A stretch of 64,000 bases of DNA from Narcine bancroftii (taxonomy: Eukaryota). The stretch covers positions 26,784,001 to 26,848,000 of the forward strand of contig NC_091475.1 in the NCBI RefSeq assembly GCF_036971445.1. Reading direction: 5' to 3'. Position 1 is the first letter of the stretch. Every line of letters begins with the position of its first letter. The notes beneath the pieces were generated by a model, which did not search any database, was not told the origin of the DNA, and was given only the letters and a program-made list of their open reading frames with translations. A program made the position numbers and the translations under genes. Shown here piece after piece: positions 24,901-38,139 of this stretch.

Positions 24901-25653
24901 CAGTACAACTCCAATTATCGGAAATGGTTGGGTCTATGTCAGATAAACCATTTTTTTGAGAACTGGCCATTTTTTTGGAAACAGCCCAGTAGTAAGAGTA
25001 AATCACTGGTATCAATGTTTAAACAACAACACAAGGGAAGGCTTTTTAAGCATTAAAATAGTGTTTAATTTTGACCAAAAAAATTGCCAGCTTCAATTCT
25101 ACCGATCCCCAACACGAACCCACCACTGCCGCTGATCCCCAAAGAGGGTTCTCGGGCTGGTGGAACACTCACTGGGGAGTCAGCAGGCTCCTATCTCCCC
25201 GGTTTCTGGAGTTCCTGACGTCCTAGTCCTGGATCCAAATTCTCCCCAAGCCTACCGCACACTGGGGAGTCCAGTTTACGTGTGTGATAATAAGCCGAGG
25301 GGAAGTTTTGGAGTTGGGAGCTCCGGTGTGCTCAAGAGGGAAGGGGATGCCACTGAGCAGGAGGTCCCCGCTCTTGCCCGAGAGGCCGCTCTCATTGATG
25401 ATGCCAAGACTTGTGGCTGGGAGACAGTGACACACAGTTTAAGAGGGAGAGTTGGAGAGAAAAGTCAATAGGGGAAGGTAAAGAAGAAATGGAAAGAGAG
25501 GGGGAGGGAGTTACCTGTAATGAGGACAATCATCGTTCTAATTTCACGTTGATTGAATTTTGTTTTCAACCTGTGAGGTTAGTTCAACTCCGAAAAAATT
25601 TCCAATAAATGAGAATTTTGGAGAATCCAATTTTGGATAATCAGTGTTACACT
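24901..25653. mobile_element. Tc1/mariner (Tigger-like) MITE, degenerate
   Basis: ta|CAGTACAACTCCAATTATCGGAA ... TTGGATAATCAGTGTTACACTT|ta imperfect TIRs; GC-rich interior. Confidence 0.6.
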
Positions 25654-25804
25654 TTAAAACCAACCATTTCAATTCTGAGTCACACTCCCAGACCCACATG
25701 TCTGTCCATGGCCTTTAGCACTATTCCACCCTGAACACTTATAGATTGGAGGATCAACACCTTAGCTTCCGTCTGGGAACTCTCCAGCTAGATGGCATTA
25801 ACAT

Positions 25805-26263
25805 GAACCTCTTTTAAATTGTAGCACCTAAGTAGCCCTCCTGGGACCTGGGTTTGATTACTGGGGTAAAGGAGTTGGAAGCACCTTATAAATTGCAGGG
25901 GGATGGACCCATTAAATCACCAACCTGGCAATTTAAAGGGGATCCTGCCCCCAGCAATGACACATCATGCACTCACCGGAAGTACTGCTGGATGCTCGGA
26001 TGCTGGCTGTCCAGTGTCACGCACATACAAATGCTGACGTCAACGAAATAAGGGGATCGGCCATTTTTCTGTTCAAATCGGCTGTGGGTGAGATCTAGGT
26101 AAGTTTAACTGATTTCCCTGACTACCTTTGAGGCAGGTCAGAAACCCGGTTGGATTCCGATGGGGTTGACCGGGTCAGACCCTTTCTAACTGCCGTGTAA
26201 CTGGGGCACTAACAGGGCAAATTGCCCAGTTAATCCCATTTTACACGGCAGTTCGAAAGGGTC
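25805..26263. mobile_element. Harbinger-like insertion within a Penelope fragment
   Basis: 3-bp TSD CAT at 25802-25804 and 26264-26266; comparison with the uninterrupted copy at 27410-27450 defines the insert; ends GAAAGGGTC. Confidence 0.65.
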
Positions 26264-26454
26264 CATTGATTTCTGTTTTCTGCTAACTTGCTCGCTTTGT
26301 CTTTCCCTCCCCCTTTCCTGTCTTTCGAGTTCTTTCCCTCCTTACCCAGCCATCCCTCCTCCCCCTCACTGCTGCTGTCCCCTCATCCACCTATCATCTC
26401 CTGCTTTTACCACCCCCCTTCCCTTTTGCTTGGATGCCTGGCGGCATTCTCCCA

Positions 26455-26490
26455 TACCTTGATGAAGGGCTCAAGCCTGAAACGTTGGTG
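26455..26490 (+). ncRNA. Minimal type I hammerhead ribozyme-like motif (Penelope-associated, variant core)
   Basis: UACC-UUGAUGA-AGGG CUCAAG CCU-GAA-ACGU-U-GGUG: stem I ACC/GGU, stem II AGG/CCU, palindromic ACGU stem III; the core has U in place of canonical C3. Confidence 0.5.
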
Positions 26491-27177
26491 ATGTTATTTC
26501 TACCTTTGTATTTTTTTTTAAAAAAGCTCAAGATTTGTGCCTTTGACCACATTATTCTGTCTGCCCCTACTTGGAGCTTCAAACCTCTTAATTTCCTGAA
26601 CAACTGACTCGATAATAAACGTCACCTTTTAAATGATCCATTATAATTTCAAGTTTTGATTTTTCCACTTGGAAAAAGATAACATGCCATCAGCAACACA
26701 AGAGTGAGAGCAATCAGACTAAAAAAAAAGCCTACCGCTGAAAGAGTGCACATGAAAGGATCGGGGAGCTTTCCTGCCTCTCAATCAAGACAAAGCAGCA
26801 ATAAAAAATGTACTGGATGAAATGTGGACAGAACTCCATGTCAAATTTTATTGCACATTAATAATTAGTGTCCCAGGTTATCAAATTATACAAGATTAAA
26901 ACTTTTTATATTATTGCAGACCACAAATGAAAATCAAACAGAGAACTCAGCTCAGCAGGCACTTCACAAGATTCCCAACTCCTGTGGATAAGGAAATCTT
27001 TTACATCCTTGCTGCAGCACCATTTTCAGGGTAAATATTTACTCTAGTTATACATTAATATTTAAATATCAGTCTGCAAAATAGACCCATTGTCTTTAAA
27101 ATAAATCGCTCATGTAATTCATATGCAAGAGAGACCAGTGGATTGATTCATCACATCAATTTTACAAATGACAAAAT

Positions 27178-27716
27178 TGGCCTTCTCTACATAACAGAGA
27201 CTGGGCACAGATTGGGAGATCGCTTCGCTCTGCACCTTTACTGCGTCTGCGAACAGTAACAGTAACACAGCCCACCCAGTAGCCAACCATTTCAGTTCTG
27301 CATCACACTCCCATACTCACAAGTCAATCCATGGCCTTCTATACTATCCCACCAAAACCACCTGCAAATTGGAGCAATAACACCTGATTTTCCGTCTGGC
27401 ACTCTCCAGCTAGATGGCATTAACATTAACTTTTCCTATTTCTGCTAACCTGCTCTCCTCTTCCCCCTCCGTTCCCAGTTGCCCTCCCTCCCTTCCCCCT
27501 CTATTCACCGAGCCATCCTTCCTCCCCTTAATCACTGCTGTCCCCTCCCTCCTCCACTTATCACCTCCTTCCTTTGCAATCACACTCCCCTACTCTTTTG
27601 TTTAGACACCTGCTGACATTTTTCCATACCTTGAATGAAGGGCTCATATATTTTTACCTGTGTTATATAAAAGGACACTGTGACCTGCTGGTTTTCTCCA
27701 GCATTGTGTTTTTACA
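27178..27716 (+). mobile_element. Penelope-like element 3' fragment
   Basis: LLYITETGHRLGDRFALHL, CT-rich region and a gacctgctg...tccagcattgtgttttta end. Confidence 0.85.
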
Positions 27717-27810
27717 AAATGACATGTCCTTTCAATTGTTTGGCAACAGCAGGAAAGAAACTAGTCTTGAATTTGGTTGTTTGCGTTTTCTAACTCTTGT
27801 ATCATCTGCC

Positions 27811-27943
27811 CGACGGGAAGGAAGAGAAGGGAGTGAAACTGGGATAGGAACAGTCAACGGGAAGGAAGAGAAGGGAGTGAAACTGGGATAGGAACAGTCG
27901 ACGGGAAGGAAGAGAAGGGAGTGAAACTGGGATAGGAACAGTC
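27811..27943. repeat. Tandem repeat, 3 x 44 bp
   Basis: ACGGGAAGGAAGAGAAGGGAGTGAAACTGGGATAGGAACAGTC(A/G) starting at 27813, 27857 and 27901. Confidence 0.95.
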
Positions 27944-30900
27944 TTTTCATATGTTGACTGCTGCCCCTGGGCAGAAGGAATCGAGGACAGAGTATTGAAG
28001 GGGAGATTGTTTTTAAATGATTGCCTGAAACACATTCACAACTCTGCAATTATTTGCAGTCTTGGAAAGAGCAGCTTCATACAATGCTGTGATGTATCCA
28101 GATAAAAGATACTTTTCTGATAGATCAATATTAACTAGTACTTCATCCAAACTTCAGGGTTAATACCATCAGATTCTCTAGGATAGCATTATTTGCTGTT
28201 TGTAACATTAACAAAAATTTATTCCTTTGCAAATCAAGGATGTTTCTGACAAGTTTATACAGCATCATTCATCTCAATTAAGAGTCAATTGCTTTGGTGG
28301 TTTGGGAGTCACATGCTGGCCAGATCAAGCAAGGGATTCCACTGGCTGCTTCAGTCAATCGATCAAGACTTTGCCTGTTAAATTACTGGACTAGAGATGC
28401 AAATTACTGGGAACTAAATTTGCATTCCAATTTCTTAAATTAGATTTGTTGGGATGAAGCTTTGCATTGCACTGGAAGAACTTGGCCAGTTCTACAGGCA
28501 TCTCATTTCCAGAGGTACTTTGTGCAGCTAATGCGCCAGCAGATTTGTTCTCAATCCACCAGAGAGAGAAGTGTGAAATATAGCAATAAAATCCACCATT
28601 TGGAAAATTCTGATAGACAAAGTTCATACCAAGTTTCTAATGTCAGGTCAAATAAAAACCCAGCAGCCAGTGAAAGCAAACTAGATGATAACTCCCTCAT
28701 TCTTTGCAGGAATTAATGTGAAATTTCCATTATATCCACAGCATGTGGTCTGCCGTAACACACCAATTTAGCTACCCACCCTTTCTGAATATAAAGTTTG
28801 ACTACAGATATCTAGCTGTATTTCATAAATAGTGTCTTGGGATCGACAATTTCTTCCCTGAAATTTAATTGTTATTAAGTCTACCGTATACAGGAAAAAT
28901 TTTTAAAAAATATCCACATAACTTGTCAATAAAAAGCTGACTGAACACTATCTTTATCCTCCCCATTTAAAAACAGACCCTGGTGACCATGAAGGCTTGG
29001 GGGGGGGGGGGTGAGGGGAAAGGTGAGAAATAATAGACTTAAGCACCTGCAAATCAATCTTGGACTTTAACATTCTACTAAAACAAAAAGGGAGCAAAGA
29101 GGAATTGAGAGGATTACTTTTCATATTTTGCACCTTTTTGCATCATACCTTCCCTTTGTACAAGAATCACAGCACAAATTCAAATGCTTACATAATTAGA
29201 ACACTATCTGACAAGATCCAGATAGAAAACATCAACAGGGCCTCAATGCAATTCTAATGAAGGGTATTTGCCCCAAAATTTAAACTCTCATCTCTTCACA
29301 CAGATGTTGCCAGACCCATTACATTATTTGCTATTTTATTTCAATGCTTCTTAGTACAGCAGTTGTAAAGCAATCACCAGATTACTTCAAGTCAAATTTG
29401 TACCTGCTTTGACTGAAAGCCCACACATTAATGAACGAGTAGAAACTTCTCAATTTGCCAACCTTACTCAGTGTAACACTCTTCCATGCTGGTTTCAGAA
29501 ACTGAATTCAACAGCTGCAAAACATGAAAACCTGCACAGCCTGAACACTGCAAAGATATTTTCCATCACCATAGCAACATATTTATACAAACAAAAAGCT
29601 TCAGATTCCTGGAATCCAGTAATGACAACTAATGAATAACTTACACTGCAGCTTGAAAGAAGAGAAACTCAAAATGAAAGCAAGCAGGTAAATGGAGCTG
29701 GTTTCGGTAGGGCCAAATAAAAAATTTACATGTTTGATGGGCTTTAAAAAAAATCACAGCACTGAAATGAGCCATTCAGCCCACAGGATCTGTACAATTT
29801 ATTTATGTTAAATCCTACAATAACTCAATTTTCCTGAGATTCTTCCACTCACTTGAACACCTTGCTGAAGGGTCTGTTTTATTCAACAATAAAATACAGC
29901 TGGAAACATATCACAAGGTTGATTTGAGAGATCCCAATTCAACTACCACATACTTGTCTGTGCAGTAACTTTAAATTCTTCTATGAATACATAAAATAAA
30001 AATCAGGCGCCAATTGAATGTTCAATTTGAATTGTTCCTGTTCATCAAATCCCATTCACTTCTTTGTGCTCACAAGACAATGATTTCGATATAAAATCTC
30101 TGAGTAAGAGTTTTACTGTGGCAAAACTCGAGACAATATTTAAACATGAATTTTATAGAAACTCTACTATATGCTCCTGCATTCTCTGAAGATGGAGTGC
30201 TAGTGGGAGTAAAGTTGAGGTAATACAGAAATTTATGAAACACTATTCAGAGATACAAAATCACATGGAAACAGTGAGTAAATTAGTTTTGTTTTTCTTT
30301 CAAAAGGCAGATAACATCCAGCTTTCAAGCTGGAGAAACAGCTTAAAATGTAAAGAGAGCAAGAAAGAACTGGCCTTTTACATCATGCAACCTACAGTTT
30401 CTTTCTTGGTTGCCTTGTTGAACATCATGTATACTTGGACTTGATTCAGAAACATCATTCAAGCGAGAAGGCAATTTGAATTTCAAAAATGTGCAAAAAA
30501 TTGTTCTGAGCATTCAGAGGTCATGCAAATGTAAAGGCTAATGCTCCTAGTAGCGGCGTCAAAATATCCAACATAAACTGGAGGCATCAATACATACACT
30601 CACGGAGACATTGCAAAGTAGTAAATTCCAAATGGAGTCAGACAATAAACAGGCTACTGTTTGGCAAAAGGCAGCAATGGACAGGTGAAGGAAGTAAATT
30701 TTTCATCTTTTTCCCAAATTAACATTGTTAGGAAAATAGTTTCAAGTTGTTAAGGAACAAGCTACACCACCAAAAGGCACCACTTGAGTATCCCCAGATC
30801 CATGCTAGTTGTACCAGCAATACTTGGATCAATATCGATCCACAGAGGAAATTTGCCTTTCTGTATATGAATAACATCACCTGGATGGGCAAGAATGAAC

Positions 30901-31044
30901 CAAACTCAAAAAACCTGATGGCTTAGTAAGCCTTAACACTTCATTCAGCAGACTGTCATAAACCAAGCAATATTTATGTTCCTTTCGATGAAAAGTAGTT
31001 GAAAAAAAAATCAAACTATTTATTTTTACTTTTAATTTTAAGAA

Positions 31045-31262
31045 CAGCACAGATAGCACAGTGATTAGCAATGGTGTTACAGCGCCAGTGACCTGGGTTC
31101 AAACCTGGCGCTGTCTGTAAGGAGTTTGTATGTTCTCTGTGTCTGCTGGGCTTCCTTCAAGAGCTCCAGATTCCTCCCACCCTTCAAAAAAAAACTGTAC
31201 AGGGTTTGTAGGTCAAATGGGTTTTGTTGGGCTGCACAGACTCGTGCTGAATGCCTAAATAT
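31045..31262 (+). mobile_element. tRNA-derived V-SINE (HE1-like)
   Basis: B-box-like GGGTTCAAACC, then ctgtctgtaaggagtttgtatgttctc and ttcctcccaccc. Confidence 0.75.
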
Positions 31263-31844
31263 AAAAAGAAAAATTTTTTAAAATTAAATTTAAATTGGTT
31301 AAAAATGGTTAAAATCTTCTCTTTATTCCCAAAGCAGTTGGTCTTCATTAAAGTAATGGAATTATTATTTACGTGCAGTAAATATTTAGCTAGATTCAGC
31401 AACTAAATTCTTCAATCAAGGTTCGAAGGAATTGCAGGAGTGAGAACTGAACAGCTGAACTCCACAAAGTGAGAACGGCAGCTGACAAAACCAAAAATCA
31501 AAGAGATTAAGATTTCTCCACTTGTCCATGATTATTCAAGAGTCCCAAATCTCACTTTGGGAAACATTTCTCAACAAAATTCACACCAAAATAAGTAGCA
31601 TGGGAATGGGAAAGTAGCATTTAAAAGATTGTACGCAGAATCGTGAACTAAATTTAATTGATCCACGCACCATACAGTTAAGTCAAAATATTGTTCTTCA
31701 TCTCTTCCATTTTATCAGTTTGGTTGAGGTATCAGAAGCCCAACTTAATAACTAGAGTTCAGCAACAATTCTGTTGGGAGGTGGTGATAGTTTCCAACCC
31801 TCTTCAGCATCCAGTGACTCGCGCTAGTGTTTTCTCAAGTTCAT

Positions 31845-34540
31845 TTATCAACTAATTGTACCAGTACAACAGAACAAAACAGCATTCTCCATTCCCCGTT
31901 GCAAAACACTGCAAACAAATACAGACAAACCACATATAAATAATACATATGCACAGCACGTATTTAGAAATATTAAAATATTAATTGTTAAATAAATAGA
32001 AGTGTCACGGAGGGTTTGTACGAACAGTTCATCAGCCATTCAGCAGTGTCTCGGTCTATAAAAAGGTTTTTCTCAGCCTGGTGGTTCTAGCTCCTTTATC
32101 TTTTTCTTGACAGAAGTAGTGGAAGATTCTGCAAGTGAAGTAGTAGGGATCCTCACTGCTTTTACAAGCACTCTTGAGACAATGCTCCCAATAAATCACA
32201 TGATGAGGGGGCAGAGGAAAGACACCAGTGATCATCCTGATGCTCTTAGGATCGTAGGATTGACCTACGATCCAATTCTCTGCAGCAACCGTACCAGATT
32301 ATAATGCTGCTGGCCAGTACGCTCTTGATAGAGTTCTTATAGAAATTTGACAGGATGGTAGCTGGTAGCTTTCCACACCTCAGTCTTCTCAGGAAGTGCA
32401 GTCATTGTTGCACCTTCCTGACAAGTGAGAACATAAGAAGTGACCTATTCTGGTCACACAATAAGTCCACTCCAAGAAACTTGGTGCCCTCTTTTCTCTC
32501 CACTACCAAGCTATTAATGTGTAGTGGAGGATAGTTGTCCTTCTGAAGTCCAGTCACTTCCTTTGCACATCCACATTGAGACTCAGGTTGTTATTCTCAC
32601 ACTATTTCATGAAATGCCCCATTTCTTCTCTGCAATGCGACTCATTGTTGTGGCTGATGAGGCCAACTACTGATGTACCATTTCCAAATTTAAGCCTCTT
32701 TTAAACAGAGCTTGAAAGCTGGATGTTATCTGCCTTTTGAAAAAAAAACAAAGGCAGATTGGGTGGTCCAAACTTACTCATCTTTGATTCTCCAAAGGCA
32801 GTACTCTCAGCGGAGGAGCATAGCACTGCGGGACCTATCGAAAATAGTCAACACTTGATACTGGGTCGGAAAGGGAAAGGCAGATGATGTCATGATCATG
32901 TTTTAGCATGCAACACGAGTGCGGGAAATTCAAATTGGAGCAACTTCATCAGTATCCACAAACTTGTCTAATAATTTTGATTATGAGTTCAGAAGCTTTG
33001 ATCAAGTTCTAAGCCTGCACAGAATGCACAAGGCTATCAAATGCACACGTTGTTCCACCAATTTTAGTGCACAGCACTTTCAGGTGTGTATGTTTTACAT
33101 CACGGTCGACTCTGACACTGCTGCGATACAAGTCTCACCTCTTCTGCTTCGGAAAGCCAGCTTACAACGTGAAAAGACTCACAGAGCCGGCTTTTTTTCA
33201 GCTCCGTGTGAACACGCAAGCTGGCTTCCCAAGACAAGTCATGTCTATGGGATTATTGCGACTTTGCAGTATAAAAGGGGCTTTAATAATACTGTTGGAG
33301 CTGGATCTGGCATGCAGTCATGAGTCAGGCTGAGCACACTGCCCTGAGGTGTACCAGTGCTCAGCACAATGATGCTCTGTGCTCTGCTGCAAACCTGGAC
33401 AGACTGTGGTTTTTCCATTAGGAAGTCCAGAATCCAGTTACATAGATGGGTGTCGAGTCCCAGCAAGAAAGCTTCTTCTCGAGCTGCTGGGATATGATCG
33501 TATTAAATGCCGAGCTGAAGTCAATGAACAGCAACCTAGCATGTGAGGCATTGTTCTCCAGATGGGACAGGACAGATTGGTGGGACAAGGGTATAGCATC
33601 ATCTGTGGAATGGGTCTATCTCTAGGCTACTTGAAATGAGTCCAGTTAACCTGGAAGGTGTACTTTGATGTATTTCAATCACCAGACACTCGAAGCATTT
33701 CATAATGGTGGCAGTCAGTGCCACCTGGCGGTAGTCATTGAGGCCTGGTACCGTCATCCTTTTTGGTACCGGGATAATAATGACTGCCTTGAAACCTGCA
33801 GCACGATGGACTGCTGCTGGGGTCACATTGAAGATGTCTGTGAAGACCCCAGTCAATTGGTCCGCGACGTCTTTCAGTACCCAACCAGGTCTGGTCTCGC
33901 TGCCTTTTGTGGCTTCACCTCACCTCACCTCAGCCACGGTTATGCAAGGGATGAATTAATCAGGGGGAGATGGAGCTTTCATTGGCATCTACACGTTCTT
34001 CTCAACAAACCCTGCGTAGAAGATTTCCATCTGTCTGGAAGGGAGGCAACATTGTCTTCGACTCAAAAGGTTGTATTGTGGTCTGTTATAGCTGGCTTCA
34101 CACAGCTGACTATGGATTTTCTGAGTGCACCCACACTTAGCCTTCTGGTTTGCAAGCGAGAGTTCAGCCCTGGCTGAACTTAGTGCCATCTTGTCTCCTA
34201 CCCTGAAAACAGCATCAAGAACTCTGAGAGGTGCCTGGACCTCTGCGGTAACCCTGGTCGTGAAGCATTTGATGTATGTGACATCTGCAATGTACTTGCT
34301 GATGTAGCCAGTCACTGAGCTCGTGTACTCCTTGATGTTTACCTGGCCATTGTAGGTGGCCCCCTCCCTGAAACCACTCCAGTCCATAGTCTCAAAGCAG
34401 TCCTGTAATGCTGTGGCCATCTTCACCACACCTCCACCTCATTCCCCCAGCCATGTCCTGATCGCTCTACAAATTGGCTTTGTTAATTTTGCCAGAGGTC
34501 TGTATGCCGGGGATTAGCAGAACAGGTATGTGATCTGGCT
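31845..34540 (-). mobile_element. Rex1/Babar-like LINE, decayed, split by a Harbinger-type insertion
   Basis: [56 protein letters not shown] and STGTPQG on the minus strand. Confidence 0.85.
32693..33282. mobile_element. PIF/Harbinger-type non-autonomous transposon
   Basis: TIRs AGCCTCTTTTAAAC / GTATAAAAGGGGCT, 3-bp TSD TTA at 32690-32692 and 33283-33285; removing it restores the Rex1 sequence. Confidence 0.75.
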
Positions 34541-36263
34541 GCTAGGTTGTGCGGTACTGGGACATTCATTGTTACCAATCAAGATTCATTGGCTTAGCTC
34601 AGTCATGGGTAATTTATTAGTCTTTCTGCACATAAATGATTTGATAAAAATCAATATTTTACTTAGGGGATGATTATGAAAGCTATACTGTTGAGGTGTA
34701 TCTAAAATGAATCATTATTCTGAGAAAAATAGCTTTACTTTCTTTTACAACACCAATGTAAAATGCCAAAATCTCTGAAAGTAATATGTCTTTGGAGTGT
34801 ATTAAAGCACTGAATTATATTAACACTGGTTATTTTTTGTGAGTGCAGTGAGCATGTGACAGGAGGGGATAAGGAGGTGTACAGAATTTGTTGCAAGCTG
34901 GAGGGATTAGGCAACACACATATGCTGGAGGAACCCAACAGGTCAAGCAGCATCCATGGGAGGCCATCATTCCACACCATAATGCTTCAGGAGGAATGGA
35001 CGAGGAACTTCTGTTGCATTTACTCTGATGTCGTCTAGGTTTTGATTGCTGCTCATTTTTGGAGACAAAATTTCCTCTTCAATCAATGATTTTCATTTGA
35101 AAGTGATAAATCAGATCACAGTCATTACATAGCATCCAGAATAACAAATTCATTGAAAAGGCAGATTTCAAACCAGTTATGTTTGAGAACCAAAGGCATA
35201 AATCTCTGCTCTTCTGTGGCAGTTCAAAATGAAGCTGTCAAAAGTTCTCTCTCTGGAAGAATCTCCCTTTGAATAGTTTTCCTCATACCAAGACTGATTG
35301 GCTACAAGGAATGTACAAAATTTTCTGCTTGGTTAAGTAGTTAAATGGCCAATGGGCAGCAAAGGGAAGAATTGTGCTCTTTCACTCCAAACCCTGAACT
35401 CTGTGACTAGTGGTGGGAACGAGTTAAAAATCAAACTACTTTGAATAGACTTGTATGAGAATACCATGTATGCCAGCTTACAAGACAACTCGTGTACAAA
35501 ACAATCCACAGAATTTTCACTTAAAATGTAGGTTTTGAGCTATTCTCGCTGTATAAAACTGGGACTTACTACTGACCAGCTGACTCTGGTGCTCAGAATA
35601 CAAGAGGAATTCTCACTCCAACTCCGGACCGGACACAGTGTTGTTGGATTCATACATGGCATCGGTCGGCATCCCTGCGCTATGTTGGCAGTGAGAACCT
35701 TTTAATTTAGACATACAACATGGTAACAAGCTATTTCAGCCCATGAGTCTGTGCTGCCCATTTAACCTACATCCCTGGTAGGTACGTCTAAATTAAAAAG
35801 TTGGCCATCCCTGATCTCCTGTTCATCAATTAATCATATTTATCCAACAATTCAAAGATCCAGCTGATAAAGAATAAATGTGAATATTGCAGCACAAAAG
35901 ATGATGCATTACCTAACTGCAATAACTAGAACTTCACCGAGTTCTATAGTCAAAGGAGGCCACTCTCAGTCTTTCATGCCCAATGACACAGGTAGCCCCC
36001 ATTTCACCCTCATGCACAGTGAAGATGCTGAAAGAGCCCCCACCAAGACTGCTGTTCTCTGCAAAAGGTGGCGCCCCAGCCAACACTAAACCCAGCAAAG
36101 AAGCAGGGTCCGGTTCATGGCACACTGAAACAAAAATAATAGAAGGGACTTGGCGAGTATGTATTATCAGGCAAACCTGTCCTGTCTGTGCAGGTGGTTT
36201 CAGAACAACCCTTAGAGCACACTTTCAGAGAAATGGCCAGACAACCCTCCATCAAATCTGGTC

Positions 36264-36898
36264 CCTTATAAAGGTTTATATAGGTCTCACTACCTAAATT
36301 AATGAAAGGAGAAGGAAATGAAAAGAATTGACTCAGTGGAATTTCTTGTTTATTTTTATTGAATGACAACATTGTTTGACTGGTTTAATGTATCTTAGAT
36401 TTTGTACTTTAAATGGATAGGGGGGGGAGGTAGGGAGGGTGGGATGGGAGGAGGGAGGGGGAGAAAATGACACTGTATATATTTGAAAAGGAAAATGTAT
36501 GTATCATGGTCAATGTGGTTTATGGTGTGAAAAATAAAAAATTTAAAAAAAATTTAAAAAAAGGTTTATATAGGTCAACACAACAACAACAGGGGCTGAA
36601 GGGCTCATACTGTGCTGTATATAAAGCTTAATTATGCATGATTCATTTTGTCCAAATACAAGATCATAATACACTGATCAGGGTTTAGGGCAGGTCCACC
36701 ATCATTCAATGCGTCATGACATCACCAGTAGAAGGTAGAACAGTCTTAACCCCGGGGATGGCTCCTTGTAAGAGTGAAAGTGTTCAGTGTCCTAGTTAGA
36801 GGAGTGGTCAAGTGTGAAAAGCCAAACCCCCACTCCTATCCCAGGACACTGAATTTAGTGGGATGCCAATTTAGTGGGATGCAAGTGTGAAAGGGGCT
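36264..36898. mobile_element. Partial inverted copy of the 51600-52690 Harbinger-type element
   Basis: 36560-36898 plus 36264-36286 is the reverse complement of about 51600-51939; ends GTGTGAAAGGGGCT. Confidence 0.85.
36287..36559 (+). mobile_element. Short L1-type 3' end insertion with 17-bp TSD
   Basis: AAAGGTTTATATAGGTC duplicated at 36270-36286 and 36560-36576; G-rich tract near 36420-36461, AATAAA and an A-rich tail. Confidence 0.8.
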
Positions 36899-38139
36899 TA
36901 TGTTGAAAGAGATTGCTAAATGATCGATTGGCAGGAAAAGCAACAGCAGCTTCAAACTGGTTGCCCTGTGATACAACAAGATCTGCATTGTTTGCTACAA
37001 ATATTGTTACACCACCTTTCTGGAAAAATAGTCATACTCCAATGGGCCCCTAACACAAATATTCATGCATCATGATGGCTCCAGGGGCAGCTTACCATGC
37101 TCATTGCCCTCTAATTGGGTCCCAGTAGATCAAGAGGAGGATAAATCACTCTCCCAGTTCCCACATTCCCATCCCACTCTCCAGGGCCTTGGTTTCCACA
37201 CTCATTTAAACTTATCTGGTTCATGGAAAATTTATTACGATTCTATAAAACCTAAAATAAAAAACAAATGGAAGGCATGTTTGGTAGTTGTATTCAATAG
37301 TCTGACAATTCTACCAGCCTGGTATCATGAATGTCAGTCCAATGCCAGAAGATCAGAGTTTTGTTATAATCTATTTTATAAAAAAAATACCTTTCAAATT
37401 ATCTACACGTCTTCACTGCCTCGGAACATGCCCATCTTCAAGATACCATTCTAATACCTGGGTATAAAATATCTGAAGATGCAAAACATTTATAATCACA
37501 TTTCAAATGAAACTATGCTTTTCTTGTTATTTTAGCAGAAAAGAGTTTATATTAGAGGACAGTGACAGAATTTATATGGGATAATCAGTAGCAAAATGGA
37601 AATACTTTATCGAAAACAAATAGCAATCAATTAAAGCTATTCAACCAAGAGAAATGTTCGATGGACATGGGAAATGTAACAGGAACTTCATGGGTAGAAT
37701 AAAAGAAGCAGAATGTATTTAACATTCTAGTAAGAGGTAAGTGTAGGTTTCCGATGAGCATTTGTGAAATGGCCACACATAAATGTTGAAATTTGACGAG
37801 CATGTTGCAAAAATGCAAAACTAGGGGGATTTTTCAGTGGAGAAACGGTCAACTTTCAAATAGACTGGGGAAAATAAATTCTGATCTATGATCCAATTCA
37901 CATATCTGCCATTCTACATTTACCAAGAACACTCTTCAAGGCCACAAGAGATCTGTTTGCATAACTAACTCAGCACTTTTTTTTGCATTATGACCACTGT
38001 GAATATTAGTATATGCCTGGGAAGCTGTAGCAAGCAAGACTGTCATCGCGTTTGTATGTAACAATGGACAAACTTCATTCGTTCGAGCTTTTTTTCTACA
38101 ATCCCGCAGTACCAAAGGCTAACAGATTACATTCAGGAT

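Larger units (their letters stand above)
25660..26515 (+). mobile_element. Penelope-like element 3' fragment
   Basis: End of the GIY-YIG region (NHFNS...FRLGTLQLDGIN), CT-rich 3' region and CCTTGATGAAGGGCTCAAGCCTGAAACGTT terminus. Confidence 0.8.

Noticed and set aside
27811-27943. Possible CRISPR-like array
   Set aside because: Units abut with no unique spacers, in a eukaryotic intron; it is a plain tandem repeat.
35940-36260. CPVC zinc-finger-like ORF (35983-36297)
   Set aside because: More likely the decayed C-terminus of an old RTE-like LINE; no exon structure, and too degenerate to call.
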